Source: Camelus ferus
Lineage: Eukaryota
DNA: 64,000 nt
Reading direction: 5' to 3'
Assembly (NCBI RefSeq): GCF_009834535.1
Contig: NC_045696.1
Span: forward strand, 26,662,001 to 26,726,000
Made by a program: the position numbers and the translations under genes. Every line of letters starts with the position of its first letter. The first letter of the stretch is position 1. The notes beneath the pieces were generated by a model. The model saw nothing but the letters and a program-made list of their open reading frames with translations, had not been told where the DNA came from and did not search any database. Of this stretch, positions 25,467 through 37,457 are shown in pieces.

Positions 25467-27169
25467 TTTTAATTTGGATAGTGTTACTGATAAAAAAAAG
25501 TTAACATTGTCTGAAAACATTGAATAAGGAAGGGGCCAAGTATTAAATTCTGAGAAGAAATATAAGAAATAAAATTAAATAAAGGTGCAATATTAAGTTA
25601 TTGGACTATTGAAAATAATTATGTCAATGTTTGTAAGGAAGAGAGTCGATACATATTTATACATATAGTAAATGTTTCAGGTAATTAATTATATCAGATA
25701 GATATAAGGAAATGAAGGTACAGATGAGACTATCGTATTTTCCCCCCAAAGTGTTACTGATAATTTTCCTAGATTTTAGAAAGAACAACTAATTAAACAT
25801 CAAAAATTTAAAAGTTGGAAAAAGGAACATTGATTCTAAATCTGAAATAAAATGGGAATGGTCTAATGTTGGACATAGTCGTTCAACTCGAAATTGAGGT
25901 TGGGGAGTGAGTGAGAGCAAACTGAGATCAACAATAGTGAAAGTGAGGTTTCAAAAGGTTCTTTAAAGAAGGTTGTGTGTTATCTGGATACACAGTTGAT
26001 GGAAAATCTAAACTGGTACATTTTTGGAGGATCATTTGGCAATAGGTATTGGGAGATGTAAAGCTGAGCATTTTTTATTTTGCAAAAAAGAAAACCATCC
26101 TAAAATATTTTCACAAAGTAATTTTCTCCCCAACACAATATTTTCATCTTTGAGATGACAAGTCTGACTGCAGTCATGATTCATCTAGAGTATTAAAAAT
26201 ATCACCAAGCTTCCCAGCTGCCCAAGAGGGATGCAGAGAAAAATAAGCATTCCTTTAAAAATTTCCCCTTTTACTACAATGCATCTTTCCCTGTAAAAAC
26301 TATAGAAGACCATTAGCACACAGAATGTGCTTTGTCTTTCACAGACAAAAGAGAGAGGCCAGGGAAGGACTAGCTCACCATAGGCTATCGAGAAGAATGA
26401 CTAAAGAGGCATCTCTTCCTTCTGAACTCTATTTTCTTTTAAACTGTATTGTCCCCTAGCCTCCTCTGAACTGGCTAGCCCAAATCTAAATTGGACTGAA
26501 TTTCTGCGGTGGAAATATAAGCTTAGTCAATAGTCCAAATAAATGATATCTCCCATGCTTTTTCTGCTCTGTCCACAGAAATGTACTAAACCACTGCATT
26601 TGCCACTATCTTCCTGGATAAAAAACATGACAAGATAAGACCTGAAAAGGAATAAATTCCTAAATGTCAGTGCCACATTTCCTGCATCTGGAGCTTGCTT
26701 TGCATTTATTCCTTCTCTCTCATCTATCAAAACCACGATATCATACAGAAACGGGCAAACATTTGCAATTTTTATCCCTTCATAATATATTTCTCAGCAT
26801 AAAGTAGGAATTTGATGGAATAAAAGTGGTTGATAAGAAAGTTTTAGAACACATAATATTTAAATTAAGAGAATAAAAAAGTAAGGAAGCATACTGAAGA
26901 AGCACGTCTTCTAGGGCAGAAAGCCCATACTATTTATTTTTTAAGCTAATTAGTGCTTTTTTAAAAAAACAAATATTTATTGAGTAACAACGAGGTGCTA
27001 GGAACTCTAATGGGAAAATATGCTTTTTTGTTGTTGAGTAGGTATGGATGGCCAGGTTACAGAGTACCTGAAAACTAGTCGTAGAAATATGGACTTAAAT
27101 AGGCAGAATGAAGATTTTAAAAATTCTTGAGAAAGAGAGAAGATAACCAAAGTATTGTATTTGGCATCA

Positions 27170-27415
27170 CAAGTGAATTCTTCAAACCACAGTCTATGGG
27201 CCTAATCTGGCCTTCTCAAGCTAAGACATTTTTATGTAGTTTTAAATAGTTTTTAAAAAGAAAAAGAATATTTAGTGATATGAAAATTTATGAAATTGAA
27301 ATTTCAGTGTTCATAAATAAAGGGGTTTTTTTGGGAACACAGCAACACAGTTCTTTGATTATATATTGTCTGTGGCTGTGCTCCTGCTCTGATGCTAAAG
27401 TTGAGTAGCTAAGAA
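27170..27415 (+). mobile_element. MER58-like hAT-Charlie DNA transposon fragment
   Basis: caaaccacagtctatgggcctaatctggcc...taaataaagg...ggaacacagcaacac...tattgtctgtggctg...gttgagtag. Confidence 0.75.
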
Positions 27416-27517
27416 GTTGTGGTTTGAGTTGCTTACCAAGAAGTAGGACCAATTTCTCCCTCAAGTTCTAGGCAAGTTAAAAAGAGTAAATTAAAGGACA
27501 TAAAAATATAGCTCTAC

Positions 27518-28480
27518 CCAACAGGAGCCAGGAAGGACCTATGCTTGCGAGGCAATACAAGACCTCAGGTACCTGTTTAAAAAAAACGAACAAATGATAT
27601 CATGTCGCGGTGATTACAAATGTTTAACCATGCCTTTTAAGTCTTTTTGTCATTACTGACTGCCAAACTGTTGTTACAAAGGTGCTTCATCTTTAAGAAA
27701 ATTCATCAGAAGTCAATGGAAACAGTGGGTTACGGCAGCCCCACATCAGATGACGGCTGTGCGAGGATTCCAGCCCACACCCTCAGCCCTTGGATGCAAA
27801 AAAAAAGGCTGTCCTGCCCCTGGGGCCCCTAGATTAGGCACTGAGAGATTTTTACTCCCTGATAGGCAGGGTCAATGCCCCTACTCAGCCTGGAAGCAGT
27901 TTCAGAAGATAGACCCTTGCCCCTCTGTAACCCCATAAGATTATGGGAGTAAAATCTCTGAGGAGGGAATGAGACAGGATGGAAGGGGGCAGGGCACAGC
28001 CATTCAAGGAATGCCACAGCAATTAACATCAAAATGGTGAAAGATTCAAACCCCAGTAGACCTTGAGGCTCAGGATGAAGAGATTTAACTTCTAGCAGAT
28101 CTTGAGCTTCATTATACACCCACTGTAATATTAACAAGGTGAATAACACACCCACAGGCACCGTGGCAGTCCCAAGGCTAGCCACAGAAGGTCAAAGATG
28201 GGAAATGGCCAACTTCCTGGGAATCCCAGCCCCTTCCCCTTAGACTGGTCTTTCTACTTATTAGCATATGAAGCCACCAAGCCCATAAAAACCAGCAAAA
28301 CGGAGCCTAGTGGCCACCCCTCTCTCTCCCTCTGGAGACAGCTCGCATTCTGTCTATGGAGTGTGTACCTACTTTTAACCTCAGCACCCAATCCCCACAC
28401 TTCGTGGCTTTTCTTGCCTTTCAATGTATCTCTCTGAATAAATCTACCTTCACTCAAAAAAAAAAAATATATATATATAT
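27518..28480 (+). mobile_element. Processed (L1-retrotransposed) copy of an ERV1 transcript 3' end: integrase C-terminus, env tail, PPT, U3-R, poly(A)
   Basis: TSD atatagctctac (within aaaaatatagctctac 27502-27517; 28481-28492); PPT gaggagggaa 27960-27969; LTR start tgagacagg 27970; AATAAA 28437-28442; poly(A) 28456-28467; no U5. Confidence 0.85.
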
Positions 28481-28743
28481 ATATAGCTCTACTAACTAAT
28501 AAAGCTAATATTGGAAAGCAAGTTTTATATATGTGGGCTAAGGGACCTCTTAATAGTGATTTTCATTATAGAAAGATTAACCTATTAAATCAAAAGAAGT
28601 ACTGAGCTCCTGTGTGGGGGGCAGGCTCTTTTCACCAGATGACATAGGAGAGAACAGGGTACATATTCTCTACAGGCAGTTACCTCCTGAAGAGAAAGAT
28701 ACGAGGAGTTAGAGGAGTTTCTTATGACAAAGTCACCAGTCAG

Positions 28744-29115
28744 ACTATGAACTCATCCACAAAACAGAAACAGACTCACAGACACAGTAAACAATCTTAT
28801 GGTTACTGGGGAAAGGGGTTGGGAAGGGAAAAATTTGGGAGTTTGAGATTTGCAAATGTTAGCCACTATATATAAAAATAGATTGAAAAAAACCAAGTTT
28901 CTTCTGTATAGCACAGGGAACTATATTCAATATCTCATAATAACCTTTAATGAAAAAGAATATGAAAATGAATATATGTATGTATATGCATGACTGGGAC
29001 TTCGTGCTGTACACCAGAAATTGACACATTGTAACTGACTGTACTTCAATAAAAACAAATAAATAAAATAAAAATCTAAACAAACAAACAAAAAAACCCC
29101 AAAAAACAAAAAAAT
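28744..29115 (+). mobile_element. Young L1 3'UTR with A-rich tail
   Basis: ...ttgtaactgactgtacttcaataaaaac + A tail; TSD tcaccagtcag 28733-28743 / 29121-29131. Confidence 0.92.
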
Positions 29116-29582
29116 ACACCTCACCAGTCAGGTTAATAAATCTTGCTCTTCAGAGAAGTAATCATAGTTGGTAGAGAGAGGCCATTTGTGTTTTCTTGTG
29201 GAAATGAAAGGACTGGTAAATAGATGTTCCACCCACCCATCCCCAATGTTTTGATTTTCTTAACCCTCTGGCCTTAAACAGTAAGTCAAGGCAAGTTACA
29301 ATGATCTCTTCAGGGAGAGCATCAGCCCATTGGCAGTCTTGTCTTCAGCTTCCCTGAATACAAGCCACTGATCCCTTCTGGTTTCTCTTGGGATGGTTGC
29401 ACCTAGAAGGCCCTAAAATATTTCAGGACAGTATATAAATAAAAGTAACTCCAAATCCACTCTGTAACCAAAGCAGTACTTCCAGTTCCCACACTATTTC
29501 TCATCCAAAAGTTTCAAACCAAGTTCACTGTTATAGCTTATCTAAGCTTCCAGTAAACAATGCAATTAAAGACACGTTATAA

Positions 29583-29950
29583 TGTGAAGGAAAAGCCGGG
29601 CTGGGCTAACTGGTAAATCTAAGTTAATAAGTGTCGGTTTGCTGATTCCCTGCTCATGTTTTTTTTTGCTAGCCAGCTGGATTTTCAGAGAGACATATCT
29701 GGCCTTGAAATGTTGGTTTGCTGCCTCCCTGACTCTACTTTTGTGATAATGATGCTGCTAAAGCTGTACCATGCCTATTCGCTGAATACCCCAAGCTTGT
29801 AATTAACCCTATAAAACCTCATGCACACGTCTTGGAGGTGCTCAGAGCTTCAGAGCAGAAGCCCCTCTGAGCCCGCTGGCGTAATAAATCTGAGTACTCC
29901 AACCCTCCGAGTGGTGCTTGTTTCTTGGCTGGCCTGTCATTTCCGAAACA
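29583..29950 (+). mobile_element. ERV1-class solo LTR (368 bp)
   Basis: TG...CA termini (tgtgaagg...ccgaaaca); perfect 4-bp TSD ataa (29579-29582 / 29951-29954); TATA-like ctataaaa ~29809; aataaa ~29883. Confidence 0.88.
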
Positions 29951-30189
29951 ATAATATTTCCATAATAAAAGGAATACCAAAACTCCAATAATAAATTGCC
30001 AACACTAAGAAGGTATGCTAACCTTGAGTACAAGTCTTCTCCTTCCATTATCAAATTCCCAGAATTTTAGGTAAAACTTAAATTCTGAACTTACTATTCG
30101 TCACAAGTTAAAGTCTACACAAATCAAAGTGCCTGTTTTTCAAATTCTGCAAAGCAATATCCCTTCCACCTTCTGTCTGCTTTTCTTTC

Positions 30190-30480
30190 TGAGTTCTATA
30201 TTTCAGTTATTACTCCCACTTACACACTTACACTCTGGTCTCTCATACTGGAAACTGGAAAGTGATCTCCATCATCTACCACACATCCTGCAAATATGTG
30301 ATTGACAAGTCCTAGTAATTCGGTCTCCTAAATCACCCTTACTTGTGTCTAGCTCTTGTATTTCAGTTTACATTTGCTGAGAGCAAATTTGTATCACCTT
30401 TCAAGTGGACTATTTTAAAAGCATCTTACAGGTCTCTTGCCACCAGTCACCTCCTCCTCCACCCATCCTCCCATCTACAT
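30190..30480 (+). mobile_element. L2 fragment
   Basis: acaagtcctagtaattcggtctcctaaatc; ggactattttaaaagcatcttacaggtctc. Confidence 0.55.
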
Positions 30481-31149
30481 TAAACAGAAATTAATTCATA
30501 ATTAATAGATTCAGTTATACCTGTTGACATAGAATGTTAAACAAAAATCATCACATTATATGAAAAGAAAAATGCATCAGCCCACTAAAGAGTAATAAGA
30601 AAGGGGAACAATCTATATGTAAGTATGCATGCATATAAATGGATAACAGAACCTTGTAAGTATTTGGAAACATCAAATGTTCAGCAGTGATTATCTTTGG
30701 GGAAAAAAAGACAGGAAGACTGATTTGGGGGGAGTGAATATAAAGGTATAATGTTATATTTTATCCCACATAATTCTATATTATTTATTCTAATAACATA
30801 GACTATCACTCCTTATCATTTGTGCTATTTGAAAAGAGTAAAATAATGTCTGGAAATATAGAAAACAACAACAGTATAATAAGAATGTGGTATCTTTGTT
30901 ATACAATGTAAAAGCCAATCACAGAGACTAGTCAGTGGATTTTCCATTGCTCTGGGTCTGAGGTGGTAAACTTCTTGGTAGGAAGGCAGCAATGGATAAA
31001 GGAACAGGATATCAGAGAAAAGGGTGCAAAACCAAAACACATTTGGAGTGGGAAAAAAAATCCAAGTAAGTCACACAGCCTAGCAGATAAAAGAGAATTA
31101 AATATCAAAGGTAACTTCAAGGTTTTCGTCTTGACAGTTGTGATGATTT

Positions 31150-31630
31150 ACAACTGAAATGAATGGTTTATAAAGGAAGGTGACATACTTTTTCAGATGA
31201 TATTTTAATTTCCATCTTAACAGGCTAAGCTTGGGGTGATAACAAGACAATCAGGTGGAGGTGCTGTCTGTGCAGTCAGAGCTGTAGGCTTAACAGCAAA
31301 ACTTAAGGTGAGAGATTTGCTTGTTTCATTATCGTGAGTATAAAGGTTGTAGCTGGATGGGTGAGTCCTTGTGGGGAAGGGCTGGAATGAAAGAGGACCA
31401 AAAGGCTGAGCACAAACCTTGAAGCAGTCATGAAAGGAACAGAAAGGTAGCAATGAGAATAGAATATATGAAGAATGTCGAATGCACAAAGGACTCAAAG
31501 AAGAAAACATTCCAAGCAGTACTGGGGCATCAGTGACCTCAGACTTCACAGTGATATCAAGGGTGAATGTGTATGAGAAAAGCCCCCTGAATTTGATAAG
31601 AAACAATGAGTGACCTTGTAAAGAAAAGGT
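31150..31630 (-). mobile_element. L2 fragment
   Basis: gaaaagccccctgaatttgataagaaacaatgagtgaccttg and related motifs. Confidence 0.65.
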
Positions 31631-31689
31631 TCTGGAAATATACCTTTCACCTTTTAGGAGAAAAAAATATATGTATATTAAAATATGCT

Positions 31690-32830
31690 ATATGTACTGT
31701 ATGAGTAAATATACCACACCATATTAACCATACGTTCAGTGAGAAGAAGCTAATATGGGCAAATGATATGAACAGATGATAAACAGACAGTTAAACACAA
31801 ATAGCTATCAAGTATATGAAGAGATCCTCAAGCTCATTTGTAATCAGAGAAATGCAAATTAAAGTAAAATAATTTACCACTTTACAACCATCTGATTGGC
31901 AGAAACTAGAAAGCTGAATAGTGGTAATTATTAGGGGGGATGTGGAGAAATCAGATGAGCTTAATCTTGCTCAAGAGCACTCCAGCAATACTTATTCAGA
32001 CTTAAAACAGCATACATCCTAGGTCCCACTGTTCCTATTTCTGGTTACGTAGCCCCCAGATATTCTCACACAGGACTAGGAAGAGTCTCTAGGATGACTG
32101 TATCAGTCAGGAGAGATTAGGTAGATTACGCTGTGGTAAGCTCCAAGCCCCAAGCCCCTGACTTGCAATAACGTAGGTTTATTTTTGGTTCACGCTGCAA
32201 GTCCGTCACAGATTGGCCGGCTACCTACCTCTACTCATGGCACTCACAGCAGACTGAGGATGTAGCCACTCATCTCAAACACTGTCGGCCACTGGGAAGA
32301 GGGAAAGATGAACTCTGGAGATTTCACGTCAGCAATTCAGTAGTCTAGGCTTGGAGGGATACCTATCACACCTGTTCATACTCATCAGCCAGAATTACAT
32401 ATGAAAATGATCAGAGCGTACAAATGTCCCATGTATTCAGTACAATTCTCCTCCCATGTAAGAACCAGAAATATCTGTAAACAATGCCAATAACTTTCAA
32501 AAAAAAGTCAGTGTTTCAGTGTGGTAGCAGGTAGTCAATTTAGGTGTCCATTTCAAGAGGATTTTTGGAGAAGCAAAATATTCTGTAGGTTTTGTGTGGA
32601 ATACTATGCGGCACTTAGAAGCAAGGAGCTAGAATATATGCACAGAAAAGTAGACAGATAATCAAACTAAATTCTAACTGGAAAAAGAAATAAGATAATG
32701 ATGTTGTTGGCACAATGACATTTATATAAATCAAACATGTATACCTCCACTAGAAAACCAGGGGAAGATATAGGCAAATTTGAGGCTACATACCAGACTC
32801 ATTTAATTTATTTAACCACCGGGGAGTGGA
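31690..32830 (+). mobile_element. Old L1 ORF2 3' fragment, split by an MLT1 LTR
   Basis: gtaatcagagaaatgcaaattaaa (VIREMQIK); continues after 32500 (ggaatactatgcggcacttag). Confidence 0.75.
32099..32497 (-). mobile_element. MLT1 (J/K-like) LTR nested in L1
   Basis: tgtatcagtcagga...ggtagattacgctgtggtaa...gacttgcaataacgtaggtttattt. Confidence 0.75.
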
Positions 32831-33892
32831 AGGAGTTTGACAGTAGGCAAAGAGTAAAGAAAGTTATCAATTAAATAAATTAGGCACAAGGACATTTCAC
32901 ACTGACCGCGGATGGTGGGCTGCATGATGGAGTAATATGATCACTTTGGTGCTTCACGTGAGGTTGCAAATAGGAGTAAGCAACTCACCTATGATAGAAG
33001 ACACAATAGAACTAGAGAGTGTATCTGAAAGAGACTGGGGAAATTCAGAACCCAATAAGATGTCGAAACACATTCAAGAAAGTACCACTTGTCTATTGAG
33101 AATTAGAGGGAAGATGCGGAATGTTGTAAGACTATGGCAACTATGGTGTGGTAAAACGGACCCATCAAGTATTATTCGTTGATAAGAGAAGGAAAAAAGG
33201 CAGAGTTGAAAAAGGAGTCAAATCAACCAGGGTTTGAGGAAATGTGCCTTTTTGTCACCTTTTTTAGAGACCACTTAGAAATAATGTTAAGAATGATAGC
33301 TCAGGATAAAGCAAATTATTAGCAACTGCTCATTAGAAATTTTAAATCAATAAAAAGTACTGAATGGCTGTTCACTTTTAAAAGCAGCTATGCTTGCAGA
33401 CAGATGTGAAAGCTTAGCATACATCACACGTGCTCTCTACCAGGTGGCAGTAAAGTCCACTTTCAGACCCCATCTTTGCTTATTGCTGAGCCTCTCTGCC
33501 TTCTTAGATTTCTGATATTTCTCCTCCAGATAAGTCACATTGTCCGTGATTTGATTCCTGTCAGCATCGGCCCCTCTACTTCCCTCTCCCACCAGAAGTG
33601 AATAATTCTGTGGAGCTGCTTGATGAGTTTCAGGCTGAAACAGGCTAGAAATGCCCACCTTGTAAGGATTTGATAGCTACCTCTCACTGCCTCTTAACCC
33701 TTTCATCTTTCAACACACACAGGCAGCATATATTAACAAGATGCCTAGTGATCTTGTTTCTCCTCTTCCTTTGTTACACGTCCAAGTCGGAAGCTGAGGT
33801 GAACACGGATGCCAGGCTGGTGGACCGCCAGGAATCCATAGCCTTATCTTTAGAGAACCTACTGGTAAAGATTTGTGCCTTTATTATCTTAC

Positions 33893-33961
33893 TTTTCCAT
33901 AATACCAAGCCATTTTCTAAAAAGTGCTTTTGCATTTGTGTGCGGGATCTTCCTGAATTTC
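33893..33961 (-). other. Candidate 69-nt internal exon (gene unknown)
   Basis: Minus strand: branch-point-like tactaat, pyrimidine tract, CAG|G acceptor, AA|GTAAGA donor; non-repetitive context. Confidence 0.3.
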
Positions 33962-36469
33962 CTGATCAAATGAAAGAAAGCTAAAATTAGTAAGCTGACA
34001 AAACTGGAGCATTGAAAAGGCTGGAAGTGATTTTTGTGGTTAGTCAAAGTTTCACAGTTCTCTTTTGGAGAAAACATGACCTCTATTTTATAGATCTGGA
34101 ACTTGATACTACATTGGAAATAAATTCAGACAAAGAAGAGAAATAGAAATGAGAGGAAGAAGGGCAAAAGGACAGAGTTAAATTTGTGGGCTTCTTGTAA
34201 AGTAGCCTATTATTTACTTAAATATTTAATAATTCCACATTGTACTAAATGTTTGAAATAAAACTGAGATGAGTTAATTCTAATATTCATGTAAACTTCA
34301 TGATAATTTCTTAACACTTGCTTCTATTCAGAACTCAAAATAATATTGACATCAGAAGGTATGTTATTAGCTGGAGATGCATATGGCTTACAGAGATTAT
34401 AGTAAACAAACATTGATTTTTGCTGAGGTGAAGATCAAGGTAAGAATCCATCGATATTTTTCCATTTCAACAAAATCTTAAAATGACTAGCACCAAAATC
34501 CAACGGCTCGTGTTTTTCACTTTTTCTTAGGAAAGCATACGGGGAATTGCAGCATCCCCTAAAGAAGTGGGAAAACTGTTTCTCTGTCACCTTCTCGTGT
34601 CCCTCTTTGGCCACCTTCCTGCCTCCAGTTGTGTCCAGACTTGTCCAGATTCCTTAGCCAGGAATTAAATGACTAGGCAACAGGAGACAGATGCCTCTTC
34701 TTTAAATGCTTCCTGTTCCAAATTAGATAAATTACCATCCTCTTAAATATGTTGAAAAAAAGAGATTAAAAAAACTAATAAAATGGAAACAGAGAACTAT
34801 TGAATGAGTAGCAAAGAGCAAGTCAATCATATTTTCATATACTTCCTTCAGATCCTACAGAATTTTTAACATGTATGTACATGTACAATTTTATCTAAAA
34901 AGATTTAAGAATAAACTATACAAAAGTTGATAAATTTTATTCCCACCATCACTATGGCAATAACATTTAATTCTGAAACTTTAAGTTTTACAGTGATATT
35001 TTGTATATCTCTGATATATAGATTGAGGATTGCCCCTACCCTCGTTAGATAACTAACTTAAAAATCAAACACATTTTTTCCTGTTCTTTAATTTCTCTTC
35101 TTTAATATTCCCATCTATAAAATCACTCACATTTCCTGGAAAAATATTATTGAATTGAACATATACAAATGCACACACATACACACACACAAATTAAACT
35201 ACAAGTGTTTTACCATGTGAAACTTGTTTTTCCTTCCTCCCCTGTCCCTTCTCACCCCATTTTGGAAAAAAGAAAGATTAAACAATTGATTGTGAAGGCA
35301 GATGCTGTGACCAGGTGTTTCCTGCTGTATTAACATAAGAGATGAATCAGATCACAAAATGCCAGAGCTGGAAATTTCCTTATATACCAGTTCCACTTGC
35401 TCATTTTCTAGATAGGGAAATTATTTATAAAGGTTACTACAGCCAAAAGGAGATGGCAGAGCTGGGAGTAGAAAGGAGTTCTCTGATATGCAGCTTATAC
35501 AAATAAAATCTCCAGCATTTATTTCACATACTTTTCCAAACATGAGACTGAAGCTTGAGAAGGATATATGTTTCTATGAAAGGGACGTTTGAAAATGTGG
35601 AGAAACTTTAAGAAAGGAGGAAGAAGAAAGAAGTGGGAAAGAGTTGCTAAATCTAGATTAGAATTAAACTTTCTAAAATAGAAAAACACTGCTCATAGTT
35701 TAATATACACTGACACAACTGCTCAGTCCCTGTCTCCATTTTTTTCTCCAGACTATTACTGGATACTTCTTGTTCTTAACTTTAGCTTCCCTCCACACTT
35801 CTTCTCTTTATTTTTTGAATTTGGCAAAGGATTTGAAGTGGCTGACACAACCCTGGGCTGCCATTAACCCCAGGCAGCCTTTGCTAATAAGTAGGAAACT
35901 GGAAATTCCCTCCTCACTGTTTACTTTGGCTCCAGAAAGTTATAACATGAAACTGCTGTGAAAGAACCAAGTTCAAACCACACACTCCCCTGAACTGCCT
36001 TACAAGCTCAGTCTAGTTCAATTAAGAAACAGTGCCCCAGATCAAACACGTCTGTTTGATTCACACTGAAATTAACAAACACAGGTCTCTCCTGGCAGGA
36101 CAGGGAGCAACACCAGTTGCTGATTTAGATGAATTAGTCTTAAGTTTCCCACTTATAAAATTCTGGACTTTGGAATATGGTACCTTTTCTCTCCTTTAGA
36201 TGGTTAGTTTTGTTATCCTCTCTTCCCATTTATACCTATTAGAATTCTAAAGAAGTCACTGTTTATATGATACAGTCATTCATATTAAGCCACCACTTAC
36301 TGAATACACTTTTCTATATGCTGTTTTCCAGAGACTTAATTATTAATATCGATCATTGTTCCCACCCCAATAGAAGATGGAACTGAGACAGGGCAGTGTT
36401 ATCTATTACTGATAAATGGAATCCAAAACCAAGTTTGGCCAACAGTATCTCCACACTGATCTTTTCTAC

Positions 36470-37457
36470 TGTGTTTCTCTATCCCAGGCTCTGCCCTGAT
36501 TTCCAGACTCGTGTATTCACTGCCTATTTGACATCTTTGTTCGGATGTCTGATGGGAATCTCAAAATTCATGTAGCTACAAAAGTGAATCTCTTAATACC
36601 ACACTCTTTCTTCAACCCCTATTTCTACTTTATTAGTAAATGGTACTCTTAGCTGCTCAAACAGGAACCTTAGAGATCTATATGTGAATCTTTCCTTTCT
36701 TTTAATCTTACTAAGCATATCTAATTAACCAGGAAGTCTGATCAGTTTTACCTTCAAAATAAATATCACATATCTAATTGTTTCCATGTTCACATTTCTC
36801 CCTAGAAACCAAGATACCACAACATCTATCCAGAACTATTGCATTCTAATTAGTCTCCCTCCGTTTAGTCTTACAATAAGTAGTTTTTAGCAAAACAGTT
36901 AAAAAATATAAATCAACTGATAGCACTTTTCTGCTTAAAGTGATTTTTCCATTCTTCTTTAAAATCCAAGTTTAATTAAGCCTTTAAATCTGCATGATCT
37001 AGCTTCTTCCCTCATCACAAACACTCTTCTCTTTCTCTGTGCTATATTTCTATGAACATTCTTTTGATTCTTTTAATACTAAAAATATATTTTCAACTCT
37101 AGGTCTTTGCACAAACCTCTTTCAGGTATCTCCCCACAGCTCTTTTCAGCCCTAATTATTCTCATTTCTCAAGACTGGGTACCAAAAATCGTCTTCTCAA
37201 AGAAGTCTTCCCTGACCATCCTACATAAAGTAGCACGGATTGTTATACTTTACCAAAACTATTCTGTTTTACTTCCTTCCTTTTATCACAATCTGTCATT
37301 AATTTATCTTTTTGTACATATTTGCTATTTCCTTCCAATGGAACATAAATTTCACGTAGTCAAAACGTCTTCAGTCTTATTTACTGATGTATTAATAATG
37401 CTTAGCTTAGTAGCTGGAACATAATTGTCACTCAGTAAACAGTTACTAATTGAATGA
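36470..37457 (+). mobile_element. L2 LINE 3' portion
   Basis: gatttccagactcgtgtattcactgcctatttgacatc; ends ctcagtaaacagttactaattgaatga (L2 terminus). Confidence 0.8.

Noticed and set aside
27829..28185. 118-aa hydrophobic ORF
   Set aside because: Antisense to ERV env-tail and U3 sequence; no recognisable domain and no supporting gene structure.
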